IMG/VR virus record: IMGVR_UViG_2619619029_000002
Span: 1 to 64,000 of that record
Length of the DNA stretch: 64,000 nt
Source of the DNA: a virus
Taxonomy: Duplodnaviria; Caudoviricetes
Strand: one strand, 5' to 3'
The notes under the pieces were generated by a model. That model did no database searches. It was not told where the DNA came from and saw only the letters and a program-made list of their open reading frames with translations. Made by a program: the position numbers and the translations under genes. The first letter of the stretch is position 1. Every line of letters starts with the position of its first letter. Shown here piece after piece: positions 35,528 to 45,400 of this stretch.

Positions 35528-36223
35528 TCATCGGAGAAGGCCGACGCCGGGAAAGCCTCCGAAGGGAAGCACGGAGGTTTCCCCGTAGCGCAGCTTGCAG
35601 CTCCCCAGGCGCTTCCCGCACCGGTCCTCCTCTGGTGACGTCGTCGGGCTGTCGTCCACCTTCGCCACGGGCGGGCCCACGTAGCCGCAGCCCTCCTTCC
35701 GGTACTCCCACCCGCACATCTGCGTGATGACGCGCAGCGGGATGCGGATGCCGTCCAGGTCGCACCGCGCCGCGAGCGCGAACTCGATGAAGTGCTTCGA
35801 CTCGGACGTCTTCTGGTCCACCACGAACTCGTCATCGGGGAATGCCTCCACCGGGCTGGCGGTGGGGTTGACGCCGCCAGGGAAGTTCACCGCGTCGAGG
35901 TAGCGCACGAAGGTGCGCTTGCGGAGGACGCGCGCGCCCAGCAAGTCGTTGAAGTCCCGGGCCAGCGCGCCAATGGTGCCCGCCACGTTGGCCATGGTGA
36001 GCGTGGGCCGCGGTAGTCGCCCCGTGCCCGACTTCTCGAAGCCCCGCGCCTCCACGGGCCAAGGCTGGTACTCCGCGCCCTGCCACACCACCGGCCCACC
36101 CAGCCCGTTGGTGCCCGCGTGGAAGTAGCTGATGCCTCCGCCAGCCAGTGACGTGGCGTCCAGGACGAAGAGCTCCACGAGGGCGCCCGGCTCCAGCTTC
36201 TGAATGTCCTCGGCGATGCTCAC
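35528..36223 (-). CDS. Minor tail protein L (lambda gpL-like)
   Basis: VELFVLD, YQPWPVEA.GFE…RP.LT.AN, C.WEYR..GCGY.G…D.CGKRL.SCK.R…FGGFPG (Fe-S cysteines). Confidence 0.95.
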   Translation of the reverse strand: MSIAEDIQKLEPGALVELFVLDATSLAGGGISYFHAGTNGLGGPVVWQGAEYQPWPVEARGFEKSGTGRLPRPTLTMANVAGTIGALARDFNDLLGARVLRKRTFVRYLDAVNFPGGVNPTASPVEAFPDDEFVVDQKTSESKHFIEFALAARCDLDGIRIPLRVITQMCGWEYRKEGCGYVGPPVAKVDDSPTTSPEEDRCGKRLGSCKLRYGETSVLPFGGFPGVGLLR

Positions 36224-36810
36224 CCTGCTTCCTCCTGGAACTCGGCGGAGACGTCGTAGGCGTTGAAGCCCTTCAGCGTGCTCGTCCACCGCTCGCAGAC
36301 GACGCGCAGCACTTGGGCGCCGGCCGCGGTGAAGGTGAGCTGGGCGCCTGCGGGCGGCGCTGCCGAGAAGGTGACGAGCCCGGAAGGGGCGAGGGAGTAG
36401 TCGGACCCCTCCGCCAGCAGCACCCCGGCGCGGTACACGAGCGGCGCAGCCTCCCAGCCCACGGCGGGCACCAGCTCGTCCACCGTCGCGTCCGGAGCCA
36501 AGGGGCGCTGCAAGAGGAACTGCGTCCTGGCCCCGTCCCCGATGCCGAACGCCTGGCCAGTGACGCCCCAGGCGCTGTCCGGTGCCACGAACTCGAAGGC
36601 GGCCACTCCGCGGTGCGCGCGGAGGAAGGCGTCCACCGCGTCTGCCTCTTCCTTTCGGCGGGCAGTGAACTGGAGGGACCAGCGCTGGAGGAGGCCCCGG
36701 GCACCGTCCTCCGAGCGCTGGGAGTAGCCGTCGCCGAACTGGGCCTTGCGCACGCGCGGCTGGCTCTCAAGCTGGGCGCCCCAACTCGGCGTGAAGGGGA
36801 AGCGTTCCAT
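36220..36810 (-). CDS. Distal tail protein M (lambda gpM-like) with a DUF2460-like insertion
   Basis: P.VRKAQFGDGYSQR..DG…FL.AH.GV.AF, with inserted FGIGDGARTQF…G.VTFSAAPPAGA.LT. Confidence 0.88.
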   Translation of the reverse strand: MERFPFTPSWGAQLESQPRVRKAQFGDGYSQRSEDGARGLLQRWSLQFTARRKEEADAVDAFLRAHRGVAAFEFVAPDSAWGVTGQAFGIGDGARTQFLLQRPLAPDATVDELVPAVGWEAAPLVYRAGVLLAEGSDYSLAPSGLVTFSAAPPAGAQLTFTAAGAQVLRVVCERWTSTLKGFNAYDVSAEFQEEAG

Positions 36811-37117
36811 GGCGCCATGTTCGCGGCATGGGTGGACCGCGTCCCGCGCCAAACCCGAGGCGTATGTCGTCGCGGCAGTCCAGCAGTCTAAACGTGTCTA
36901 CCAAAGTGCGTCATCCCCCTGCAGAGGTACATTCTTCTCTGCCGCATGCCGCTAGGCTTCTACTCCCGATGACGGCGGCATCGCGCCTCCTCATCCCAGG
37001 AAGCACACTCGATGGAGTCCGGGGTAGTTAGTGACTCACCTCTAGCTGCTTGCTTTTGCGCTCCAGTAGATCGCACTCTCCGCCGCAATTTCAGGCCCAC
37101 ATCAGAGGAAGCCAAGG

Positions 37118-38020
37118 ATGGCGAAGTCTCGTCGGATGACGGTTCATTTCTATCGCGTGAACATGCCCCAAGGGCACGAGTTCCAGACCCTCCTTAACAC
37201 CGTGTTCGGATTCTCAGCCGCCGAGAGATCTATCGAAGTCGGTGGGGTCCCCTATCGTTTGGAGTCCCTCACGATGGACAGCAGATACTGCGAAGGAGAA
37301 ATGGTTCGACTGCGCGAAGACTACCACCCCGGCAAGTACCGCATGGATGCACAAGGGGCGACCGACCTTGGATTGGCGGAAGATGAGCTCATTGGTGAAG
37401 AAACGGCTTTCATCTATGACACCAGCCTGAACATTTTGGGACTTCAAAAGGTTCATGGCGGCGTTGCGGCCGGTGCCTTTGCTGGCTACTTCCGCCGGTT
37501 CATCCCGACCGCAGCAGACGCATTTGGACTGGAGGTCGTGCTGAGTGCGGACCCGGTTCGCCAGATGACACAGTTGCGCGAAGTGAAAACGTTCGAGGTA
37601 GAAGTCGCAGCTGTGCCAACGGACGTGTTTCACGGGATGGACACGATGAAGGCCCTCGCGAGAACGCAGGCTGAGTCAGGCGCTACCCGCGTTACCCTGT
37701 CACTGGGGATGGGGAGAACGCGTGGAGGCGCCATCGAACGCAATTTTGTGGACGGCCTTCTCAGTAATCTCCTGCGGGTCTTTGCCGAGGAAGAACATGG
37801 GAAGAACGCCATCAAGAAGCTCAAGGTAGGCGGCCCTACTGGAGAAGACCTTGAGGTGCCGATTATCGACCTGCTTTCCCATCGGCTGGTCCACTACCAA
37901 CGGTATGAATGGGATGACAGATACGTCCCTTATACTATGCGGCGCCCCCTAGTTAAGTGGGCGTACGAGGCTAGGGAGAACGAACTCCGAACCGCATATG
38001 GCCCCAGGGCAAATTTATGA
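37118..38020 (+). CDS. DUF6731-like soluble protein (moron)
   Basis: V.FYRV…G.MVRLR…IGEETAFIYD…LQK..GG pattern; lower GC; opposite strand to the tail genes. Confidence 0.7.
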   Translation: MAKSRRMTVHFYRVNMPQGHEFQTLLNTVFGFSAAERSIEVGGVPYRLESLTMDSRYCEGEMVRLREDYHPGKYRMDAQGATDLGLAEDELIGEETAFIYDTSLNILGLQKVHGGVAAGAFAGYFRRFIPTAADAFGLEVVLSADPVRQMTQLREVKTFEVEVAAVPTDVFHGMDTMKALARTQAESGATRVTLSLGMGRTRGGAIERNFVDGLLSNLLRVFAEEEHGKNAIKKLKVGGPTGEDLEVPIIDLLSHRLVHYQRYEWDDRYVPYTMRRPLVKWAYEARENELRTAYGPRANL

Positions 38021-38613
38021 CGACTCAGAGTCCTTCAACTTCAACACTATCCAGGAAGAAGAAGGTCGCCATCATCTGGGAACGGGTGTACCCCAGCACT
38101 GTTGGAGTGATTGTGACTGCTGCGGCTGCGGGCGCTCGCTGGAAGTTTCCCGAGTGGAAGCTTCCCAGCGACCTGGGGCAACTTTTCTCGTCCACCCTGG
38201 ACCTTGGAGCCATCGCTATCGGATTCTTGGCGACCGCCAAGGCTGTCTTGCTCTCGATCCAAGGGAGCCCTGCCGTTACGAAGATGCGAGGAACCGGCCT
38301 GTATGAAGGACTACTCAGATTCATTCTGAGAGCTATTCAAGCAACCTTCACTCTGGCGGCGTATAGCCTCGTAGCTATTTTCCTTGAGAAGGCTTTCGAT
38401 CATTCGACGCTAAAATGGCAACTTGTCGTGCTCATATGGATTTTCTTGGTCGTTACAGCAGGACTCGCTTGCTACCGCGTTATTGACGTCTTCTTCACGA
38501 TCCTCAGCCCTCGCGACATTTCGACACTTGCTCCTAAGGAGCAGAGTAGTTCTGCTACACCTCTCACTATCCTTCCTCCTTCGCGGAAGGAACCGATGCA
38601 AGGTGATAACTGA
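38017..38613 (+). CDS. Four-TM membrane protein coupled to the DUF6731-like gene
   Basis: ATGA overlap; LFSSTLDLGAIAIGFLATAKAVLLSI plus three further TM helices. Confidence 0.8.
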   Translation: MTTQSPSTSTLSRKKKVAIIWERVYPSTVGVIVTAAAAGARWKFPEWKLPSDLGQLFSSTLDLGAIAIGFLATAKAVLLSIQGSPAVTKMRGTGLYEGLLRFILRAIQATFTLAAYSLVAIFLEKAFDHSTLKWQLVVLIWIFLVVTAGLACYRVIDVFFTILSPRDISTLAPKEQSSSATPLTILPPSRKEPMQGDN

Positions 38614-38753
38614 AACGCCCCTCCGTACTCGCTGCGGTGAGCCCCCTGAGCCATCCCCTCATTTGAAGATTCCCCTTGGAGAACGCATGGGCAGCCGAGC
38701 GAGCAAGCTCAGAGGGGAAATCGAGAATGAGGGGATGCTTCAGGTGATCCCCC

Positions 38754-38915
38754 TCACCGCTTCCGGTTGACGAATCCTCCGGGCCGCATCTCCTCCAGCA
38801 TGACCCGGCGGACAGCTCCACCCAGGTGCTGCCCAGGCGCCGCGACTCCTCCGTCGTGCCAAGCGTCTGGACGTCCGCGCTCACCGAGCCGTCCTGGTGC
38901 ACGTTGAGGGGCGGC
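38754..38915 (-). repeat. Degenerate duplicate of the tape measure gene 3' end
   Basis: Near-identical to 42484-42673 (…cccaggtgct(g)gcccaggcgccgcgactcctccgtcgtgcca…), including the stop region, with small deletions. Confidence 0.92.
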
Positions 38916-38931
38916 ACGGAGCCAGCGTCCC

Positions 38932-39387
38932 CTACTCCCCCAACCAGAAAGAGCGACCGCCGCTCTTCAGCGCTCGAGCGAGGAACTCCTCGAATGACGG
39001 TGCAATCGGGTCCACCTTCGGGAATGTCTCATGGAAGGCGTCGAACAGAGGGTACCTTGGGGACTTCGGCTCCACGTCGACGACGACGTAGTTGGTGTCC
39101 TGCATGTCGACCAGGGCATACAGCGACGGTGAGCCGTAGGCGTCTTCGTCGCGGCCGAAGATTGCGACGCGCGCACGTCGAATCTCCGCCAGCGGGAGAA
39201 TCCGATAGTCCGCGTCAGGGACAGGCTCGAAGAGCGCCGCTCCATCGCAGTGGAGGTAGAAGGCTCGCAAGTCAGCATCAAGCTTCCAGCCCACGCGAGC
39301 CTCGAATGCCGCGATTTGGGCAGGCGTCGCGGGAGCGTTGGGGAAGTGGTGTCGCGAGACTTCGGCGAGCAGGGAGTCGATGGGCAT
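38932..39387 (-). CDS. SMI1/KNR4 (SUKH) immunity protein
   Basis: PATPAQIAAFEARVGWKLDADLRAFYLHCDG…IAPSFEEFL. Confidence 0.9.
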   Translation of the reverse strand: MPIDSLLAEVSRHHFPNAPATPAQIAAFEARVGWKLDADLRAFYLHCDGAALFEPVPDADYRILPLAEIRRARVAIFGRDEDAYGSPSLYALVDMQDTNYVVVDVEPKSPRYPLFDAFHETFPKVDPIAPSFEEFLARALKSGGRSFWLGE

Positions 39388-39394
39388 GGCCGCC

Positions 39395-40036
39395 TCAGTC
39401 CACGTAGGGCCGCTCCGGCCCCACGGCTCGCCACTTGCCAGCAGCGTCGTAACAAGCCGGGTAGGCGCTGTTGATGACGTGATGCACGCCGGGCGGCACA
39501 GGAATCACATTGTCGGGAGCCAAGGGAGCGCCCCCATGCGCCAAGTCGAAGATGTGGTGGCCAGGCCAATGCGCCGTCTCCGTCTTCGGCCAGTCCCCGA
39601 ACTCCGAGCTCCACTGCCTGCGGAACGTCTTCCGCGCGTCCTCCCACGTCTCGCGTCGATGCTTGAGGTCCGACACCTTGGGGTAGTCGCAGCAGCAGTG
39701 GGTGACGGCCAAGCGCCCGCCCGCAGCGGCCGGAAGCGCCATGAAGCGCCCCTGCCAGTCGCCCTTGATGTCCGCGAGCCAGATGCAGCCGAGCAGCGGG
39801 ACGTGCCCCTCGGCCACGCACCGCCGCTCACAGCGCGCCATGAGCGCGGCACTGCACAGCCAGGGTCCGTAGTAGATGGTCGTCTGCACCGTCCCACCTG
39901 CCGGGCTCGGGATGCTCGGGCCCACCCACTTCGCCGAGGGCTTCGCGCCCACGGCGCTGACGGTGGCCGAGCCGCAGCCGCCAAGGGCGAGCAGCAGGGA
40001 CACTCTCACGAAGTGCTGGCAGCGCCATGGCTTCAC
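39395..40036 (-). CDS. Lipoprotein with a C-terminal HNH-like nuclease (SitA-like toxin)
   Basis: Lipobox LALGG|C; WPGHHIFDLAHGG…DNVIP…H; directly upstream of SUKH. Confidence 0.8.
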   Translation of the reverse strand: MKPWRCQHFVRVSLLLALGGCGSATVSAVGAKPSAKWVGPSIPSPAGGTVQTTIYYGPWLCSAALMARCERRCVAEGHVPLLGCIWLADIKGDWQGRFMALPAAAGGRLAVTHCCCDYPKVSDLKHRRETWEDARKTFRRQWSSEFGDWPKTETAHWPGHHIFDLAHGGAPLAPDNVIPVPPGVHHVINSAYPACYDAAGKWRAVGPERPYVD

Positions 40037-40323
40037 GCAAAACGTGATAGCGCAGACAAAGCAGACGCATAAGTCACCGACTCCACGGCTGCCGTGGTGG
40101 GTAGGGACCAGTGGCAGACGCTGTCCCTACAGCGCCCGGCCGCGGCATCGGACGCGGGGTGCGGTCCATGTCCGCCCTGCTCGCCACGACTACACCTACT
40201 GCACGTGCATTCAGGCACACCCGGAATGTCAGGCCCGCATGTCAGAAGGGCCGATGGCGCCACAACCCAGGCGGTCGCCGCAGGACTCGCCAGGAGTGGA
40301 GCCTTTCCTTGGAGGGGACACGC

Positions 40324-41157
40324 ATGCCGCACTGCAGGCCCAACGCACTTCAGCCATTCATGTTCGACAACACCCCGGTCCGGACCGTCATCGGGCCGGA
40401 CGGAGAGCCGTGGCTGATGGCCACCGACGTCTGCGCGATCCTTGGTCTTTCCAACCCGCGCGACGCAGTGGGCCGCCTTGACGACGATGAAAAGGCGACC
40501 GTCGGTAATGCCGACGGTCAGCCTGGACGCGGGGCACAGACGTTCAACATCATCAGCGAGTCCGGTGTCTGGGCGCTCACGATGCGGAGCCGAAAGCCCG
40601 AGGCGAAGCGCTTCCGGAAGTGGGTGACGAAGGAGGTCATCCCGTCCATCCGGAAGACGGGGGCCTACAACCCTTCCATGGCGACGGTCCGCCAAGCCGT
40701 AGCGGAGCGTTTCCTCCGCGTCGGCCTGGCGCCCTGGATGAAGCGCTTCCCGGACGCATTCTACGAGGAGATTTTCCGACTGCGAGGCTGGCCGTGGCAG
40801 GGGCCAGGCACTCCACGCCCGGGTGTCATTGCCTACTACACCAACGACCTCATCTACGAGAGGCTGGCGCCAGACCTTCTGCGGATGCTCCGCGAGCGCA
40901 ATCCGGTGGATGCCCACACCAAGAAGCGTCCCTCGAAGCACCACCAACACCTGAGCGATGACGTCGGCCATCCGGGCTTGGAACGGCACCTGTACTCCGT
41001 CATCTGCATCATGCGTAGTTCGTCCACATGGGATGACTTCATGATTCAGATGGACCGCATCCACCCGCGTTGGGGGAACAGCCTCCTTCTTCCTCTCATG
41101 AACGAACTGCTGCTGCCGCAGCCCCAATCGCCCGCCCCCGCGGTCTTTCCATCCTGA
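40324..41157 (+). CDS. BRO-N + P63C domain antirepressor-like protein
   Basis: EPWLMATDVC.ILG..NPRDA…ISESG.W.L..RSRKPEAKRF.KWV..EV.PSIRKTG; W.KRFPDAFY.EIFRL.GW (P63C). Confidence 0.9.
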   Translation: MPHCRPNALQPFMFDNTPVRTVIGPDGEPWLMATDVCAILGLSNPRDAVGRLDDDEKATVGNADGQPGRGAQTFNIISESGVWALTMRSRKPEAKRFRKWVTKEVIPSIRKTGAYNPSMATVRQAVAERFLRVGLAPWMKRFPDAFYEEIFRLRGWPWQGPGTPRPGVIAYYTNDLIYERLAPDLLRMLRERNPVDAHTKKRPSKHHQHLSDDVGHPGLERHLYSVICIMRSSSTWDDFMIQMDRIHPRWGNSLLLPLMNELLLPQPQSPAPAVFPS

Positions 41158-41231
41158 GAAATTCTGGCATGGTGGCTCCAGTCCCCCGACAAGGAGCCAC
41201 CGTGGCTAGCAATTCCAGGCAGCGGCACAGA

Positions 41232-41738
41232 ATGGACTTCCTTTGGCGCGTTCGCGAGGCGCTGGCACTGCCCTACTCACTCGTGGTGCGAGGCGGGGTC
41301 CTCGTGTGGCGCCGTGACTCGTACATCAGCACCATGCAGTTCACCGACTACGGTGGGCCAAAAGAAATCGACCGGGTCGACGCAAACGGGACGTGCTTCT
41401 CGCCATCAAGGCAGATGCTCCGGCGCCTGGGGTTCGACTCGCGGGTCTCCTATGTCTCTAGAGACCCTCTACAGCGACGCCTTCAACTCACAGCCACAGT
41501 CGAGGAGTTTCCCGCCCTCGCTCCGTGGCTCGCAGACGAGCTCGGCGCCCGGCTCAGCGGCCTGAACCTCCCTCCATGCCCTGTTCCGCTCAGCGGCATC
41601 AGGGGAGACCACAACATCTGGACCAACTCAGCCAGGGCTGACTATGCCGCATGGGCGAAAGAGGAACAGCTCAAGCGCGACCAGCAGCGCCAACGCCGCC
41701 AGACGGCCTTGATGCACTTTGCCCCCGCGACGCATTGA
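41232..41738 (+). CDS. Hypothetical protein
   Basis: Open frame downstream of the BRO gene; start uncertain. Confidence 0.5.
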   Translation: MDFLWRVREALALPYSLVVRGGVLVWRRDSYISTMQFTDYGGPKEIDRVDANGTCFSPSRQMLRRLGFDSRVSYVSRDPLQRRLQLTATVEEFPALAPWLADELGARLSGLNLPPCPVPLSGIRGDHNIWTNSARADYAAWAKEEQLKRDQQRQRRQTALMHFAPATH

Positions 41739-41744
41739 GCCCAC

Positions 41745-41769
41745 TCACCTCGGCCGGTTGACGAAGTCG
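41745..41769 (-). repeat. 25-bp remnant of the tape measure gene 3' end
   Basis: tcacctcggccggttgacgaagtcg versus tcacctccgccggttgacgaagtcg at 42484-42508 (1 mismatch). Confidence 0.85.
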
Positions 41770-41884
41770 CACCCCAAGCCAGCCGCATAGGGAATCGGCC
41801 CGCCCCAGAACCTCGGGCGGGCCGCCGCACGAGAACAGCCTCCGACTCAAGAACTTGAATCGGTCTCGCGCCTCTCAAAACCAC

Positions 41885-42295
41885 TCACAAAGAAACCGAA
41901 ATAGGCAGCGTATCTCCCCCATCAGGGGACGTGCCGCGCGATTCCCATACGCCCGGGATATAACCAGAGCGGTCTTCGACCGTGCATGACGACACACCGT
42001 AACATGTTTTGCCATTCGACGACCACAGCGGGCCTGCTGGGAAAGCCAACCTGGCTTGCAAATTAATAACAGGCTGAACCGAATCACACACAACGGTAGC
42101 TGTTGCCCCCACGCTAATGGGACCAGAGGGGCCGGAAATAACATACGGAGGGGTAACGCTCGTTGAGCACCCCGGAACGACCGACTGCTCCTGCGCCACA
42201 TGGCCTTCACCCATCTCCTCAGGCATGTCCGGCCCGCAACCAGCAGCAACAAGCATCGCACTTGCACTCAAAATCAGAACCACTGGCCTCTTCAT
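41885..42295 (-). CDS. Lipoprotein moron (lower GC)
   Basis: MKRPVVLILSASAMLVAAG|C lipobox; AGGAGA RBS. Confidence 0.75.
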   Translation of the reverse strand: MKRPVVLILSASAMLVAAGCGPDMPEEMGEGHVAQEQSVVPGCSTSVTPPYVISGPSGPISVGATATVVCDSVQPVINLQARLAFPAGPLWSSNGKTCYGVSSCTVEDRSGYIPGVWESRGTSPDGGDTLPISVSL

Positions 42296-42483
42296 GGAGT
42301 CTCTCCTTGGTGATCGGGTTGAGGCGTCCAGCATAGACAGCTTACCTGGGGATACCAAAGGCAATGCGATGTCGGAGCAATCGTTGCGAAATGACCGCCA
42401 ATTGCCGAGCATCTTCAGCTTGACATTCTAAGCGCCGCGCATGCTCCCATCCGCTAATGAGAAGCTAGAGCGGCTCTCACTCT

Positions 42484-45400
42484 TCACCTCCGCCGGTTGA
42501 CGAAGTCGTAGACGAAGCCTCCGGGCCGCATTTCCTCCAGCATTACCCGGCGGACAGCCCCACCCAGGTGCTGGCCCAGGCGCCGCGACTCCTCCGTCGT
42601 GCCAGGCGCTTGGACGTCCGCACTCACCGAGCCGTCCTGATGCACGTGCACGTTCACGTTGATGGGCGGCACGGCGCCGGCCGGGAACGTGTCGGTGCTC
42701 GCCGGCGCGCTCGGCACCACCAGCTTCGCCGCGCCGTCCGCATAGGGCGCGCCGCTCTTCATCACGGCGGGCGCGGACATGTCGAACGCGGACTTGCCCG
42801 CCGCGACGCCTGCTCCTGCAGTGGCTCCTCCCGCGCTGAAGCTCGCCCCCGTTATGCCGCCCAGGAGGGCCGTGGTGCCGATGTCCACCAGGGCCACGAA
42901 TGCCTTGTGGGCCAGGAGCCGCGACAGGTCCTTGAGCATTCCGTCAATCATGCCGCGCCAGGTGAACTGCGTGGAGGTGGCGAAGGTGGTGATGGCGTCT
43001 TCCATGTGCTGGGCAGCGAAGCCCACTGCGTCCTGGGCAATGGAGAAACCGTCGCTCATCTGCCGGTGCAGGCGCACCAGTTCCTTCTGGTACGTCTCCA
43101 TGCTGATGCGCTCGTCCTGCAACAGCTTGTTCAGCATCTCGACGCGCTTCCGCACCTCCTCCAGTGGGTTGAGCTGCTTCTGGAGCAGCTCCAGGTCCTT
43201 CACCAGTTGAGCCTCCTCCTTCCCCTCCTTCGTCCAGAGGGAGCGGGCCTTCGCGAGCTTTGCTCCATACTCCTCCGCCTTAATGGTGCCCGCAGCCAAG
43301 CCGGCGTTCAGTGCCTCCACGGCCTTGGCCATTCGGTCCGCGTCAGCGTCCCCGAGTTGCTGATTCAGTTGCTCAAGGGCGCGCGCGTGCTCCTCCGCCT
43401 TTTTCTTGGCTTCCTCGTCGGCCTTCTTCTTCGCCTCAAACGCTGCAATTTTCTCAAGTGCAGCGTCTGCTACTAGCCGCTGCGCGTAGTTCAGAGATTT
43501 GTACTCAGCCGTGAGCTTCTCGGCCCCCTCTCGCGCGAGCCCCAGCGTAGCCGCCTCTTCCTCGAGCTTTGCCAGATACCTCGCGGCGGACTTCGCCAGT
43601 TCCGCCCTGGCCTTTTCCTCGTTCTGGAGGCGCTCCGCCTCCTGTTCACGGGCACGCGCCGTGGCGGCAGCCGCGTCAGCCTCACGCTGGTGGGCGCCGG
43701 GGTCATAGGCCACAGCCTCCCTAACGCGCGCGAGTGCCTTCTCCAACTCCGCCGAGTCCTGAGTAGCCGACTGCAAGTCCTTGCGAAGTTCCTTGACGCT
43801 TTTGGGCAGGTATCGCGGTTCGAAGTCCTTCACGATCTTGTCGGCGCGAGGGTCCTCGTCATCAACCAGGACGCGATTCAGCACGCGGGTCCGGAATTCC
43901 GCCTCCTCGGCTTGGAGCCGCTCCTTGATGCTCTTCACACGAGCCTGGTTGAGCTCCGTTTCATGCTTGGCCACCTTCTCGAAGACGGCCAGCGCCTGCT
44001 CCGCCGTCTTGACCTCATCGGTCATCATGGTCTGGTAGTCGCCACCAAGCGCCGCCAGTTCCTTCCGTGCGATGGACAGCACCTGAGCAGCCTTCGCTGC
44101 ATCTGTCGTCGCGCGGGTCTGTTGGAGCAGGTCGGACACAATCGAGGCGCTCTTCCCGACGCTGGTAGCAGCAGCTGTTCCAAGTTCTCGGGCCTTCACA
44201 GCGGCATCCTCTGCCCTGGAGATGTAGGCGGAGATTCCCGCCGTCAGGAGGCCAATCGCGGTGATGGCGACGCCGATGGGCCCACCGAGCGCGGCCATAG
44301 CCCCCTGGAGCACGCGACCGGCCCCCGCAGCTCCGTACATCGCTTGCGCGGCGCGCACCTGCGCCAGCGCGTTGTCATTCGCGGCAATCGCGGCCTGGGC
44401 ATGCGCGGCCCGCATGAAGGGCGCCGTCTGCTGGAGGGACGACTGGCGAGCCTCAAGCTGGACGGCCGCGTTCCGCAATGCAGCCCGGGAGCTCTCGTTG
44501 ACTGCCTTGACGTAGCCCGCTTCTGCGAGCGCCGCATTCGTTGTCGCCTGCCGGCTCTGGACCAGTGCCGATGCCTTCGCGGCGGCGCTCTTCACCCATT
44601 CAGCCGCCCATGCGCCGCCTCTGGCTGCCAGGAGAATCCCCACGGCCTGGGCCGTCGCGCCAGCTGAACTCGACAGCGTGGTGAAGTTGCTGGAGAGCAT
44701 CTCGATGCCGGGCATCAACTGCGCCAGGAGCCCCTGCCCCACCGCGATTTCGAGGTCGTCGAACTTCGCTTTCAGTTGGTCCAGGGCGAACTGAGGCGTC
44801 TGGGCCATCTTGCTGAAGGCGACCTCGGTGCGTCCTGCTGCCGACTCCATGTTCTTCAACGACGTGGCGAAGTCGCCAGCGCTGGACCCGGTCAGCGTCA
44901 TTGCGGGAAGCAGCGCCTCCACACCACCTACAAGCTTGGCCAGCAACTCCGTGCTACCACCCGTTTGGACCTTGAGGTGGTCCAGGAACCCTGCGAGCCC
45001 CCGCGCCTTCAGCCCTGCCGTGTTGAATTCGATGCCGAGGGCACGCGCCAGGTCCCGGGCCTCGTTCGACGGCTTGGCAACCTGGGCAAGGATGGCTCGC
45101 ATCCCTTCCATCGCCGTCTCCGTCTTGATGCCGGCCTTCGTGAGTGCAGCGGTCGCGGCAAGCAACTCCTGGAGCGACACGCCCGTCTGCGAGGCGATGG
45201 GCGCCAGCTTGCCGATGTGCCTCGCAATCTGCTCAATGGACGTCTTGCCATCCGCAGCGGAGACGAACATCGCATCGGAGGCCTCCGTGGCGTCCCGGAG
45301 TTGAGAGCCGTAGCTGGCCATGATGGATGTGAGTCCGTCAGCAGCAACCCCCACCTCCGTGACGCCACCAATGGCCAGCTTGTTTGAGACGCGAAGCAAC

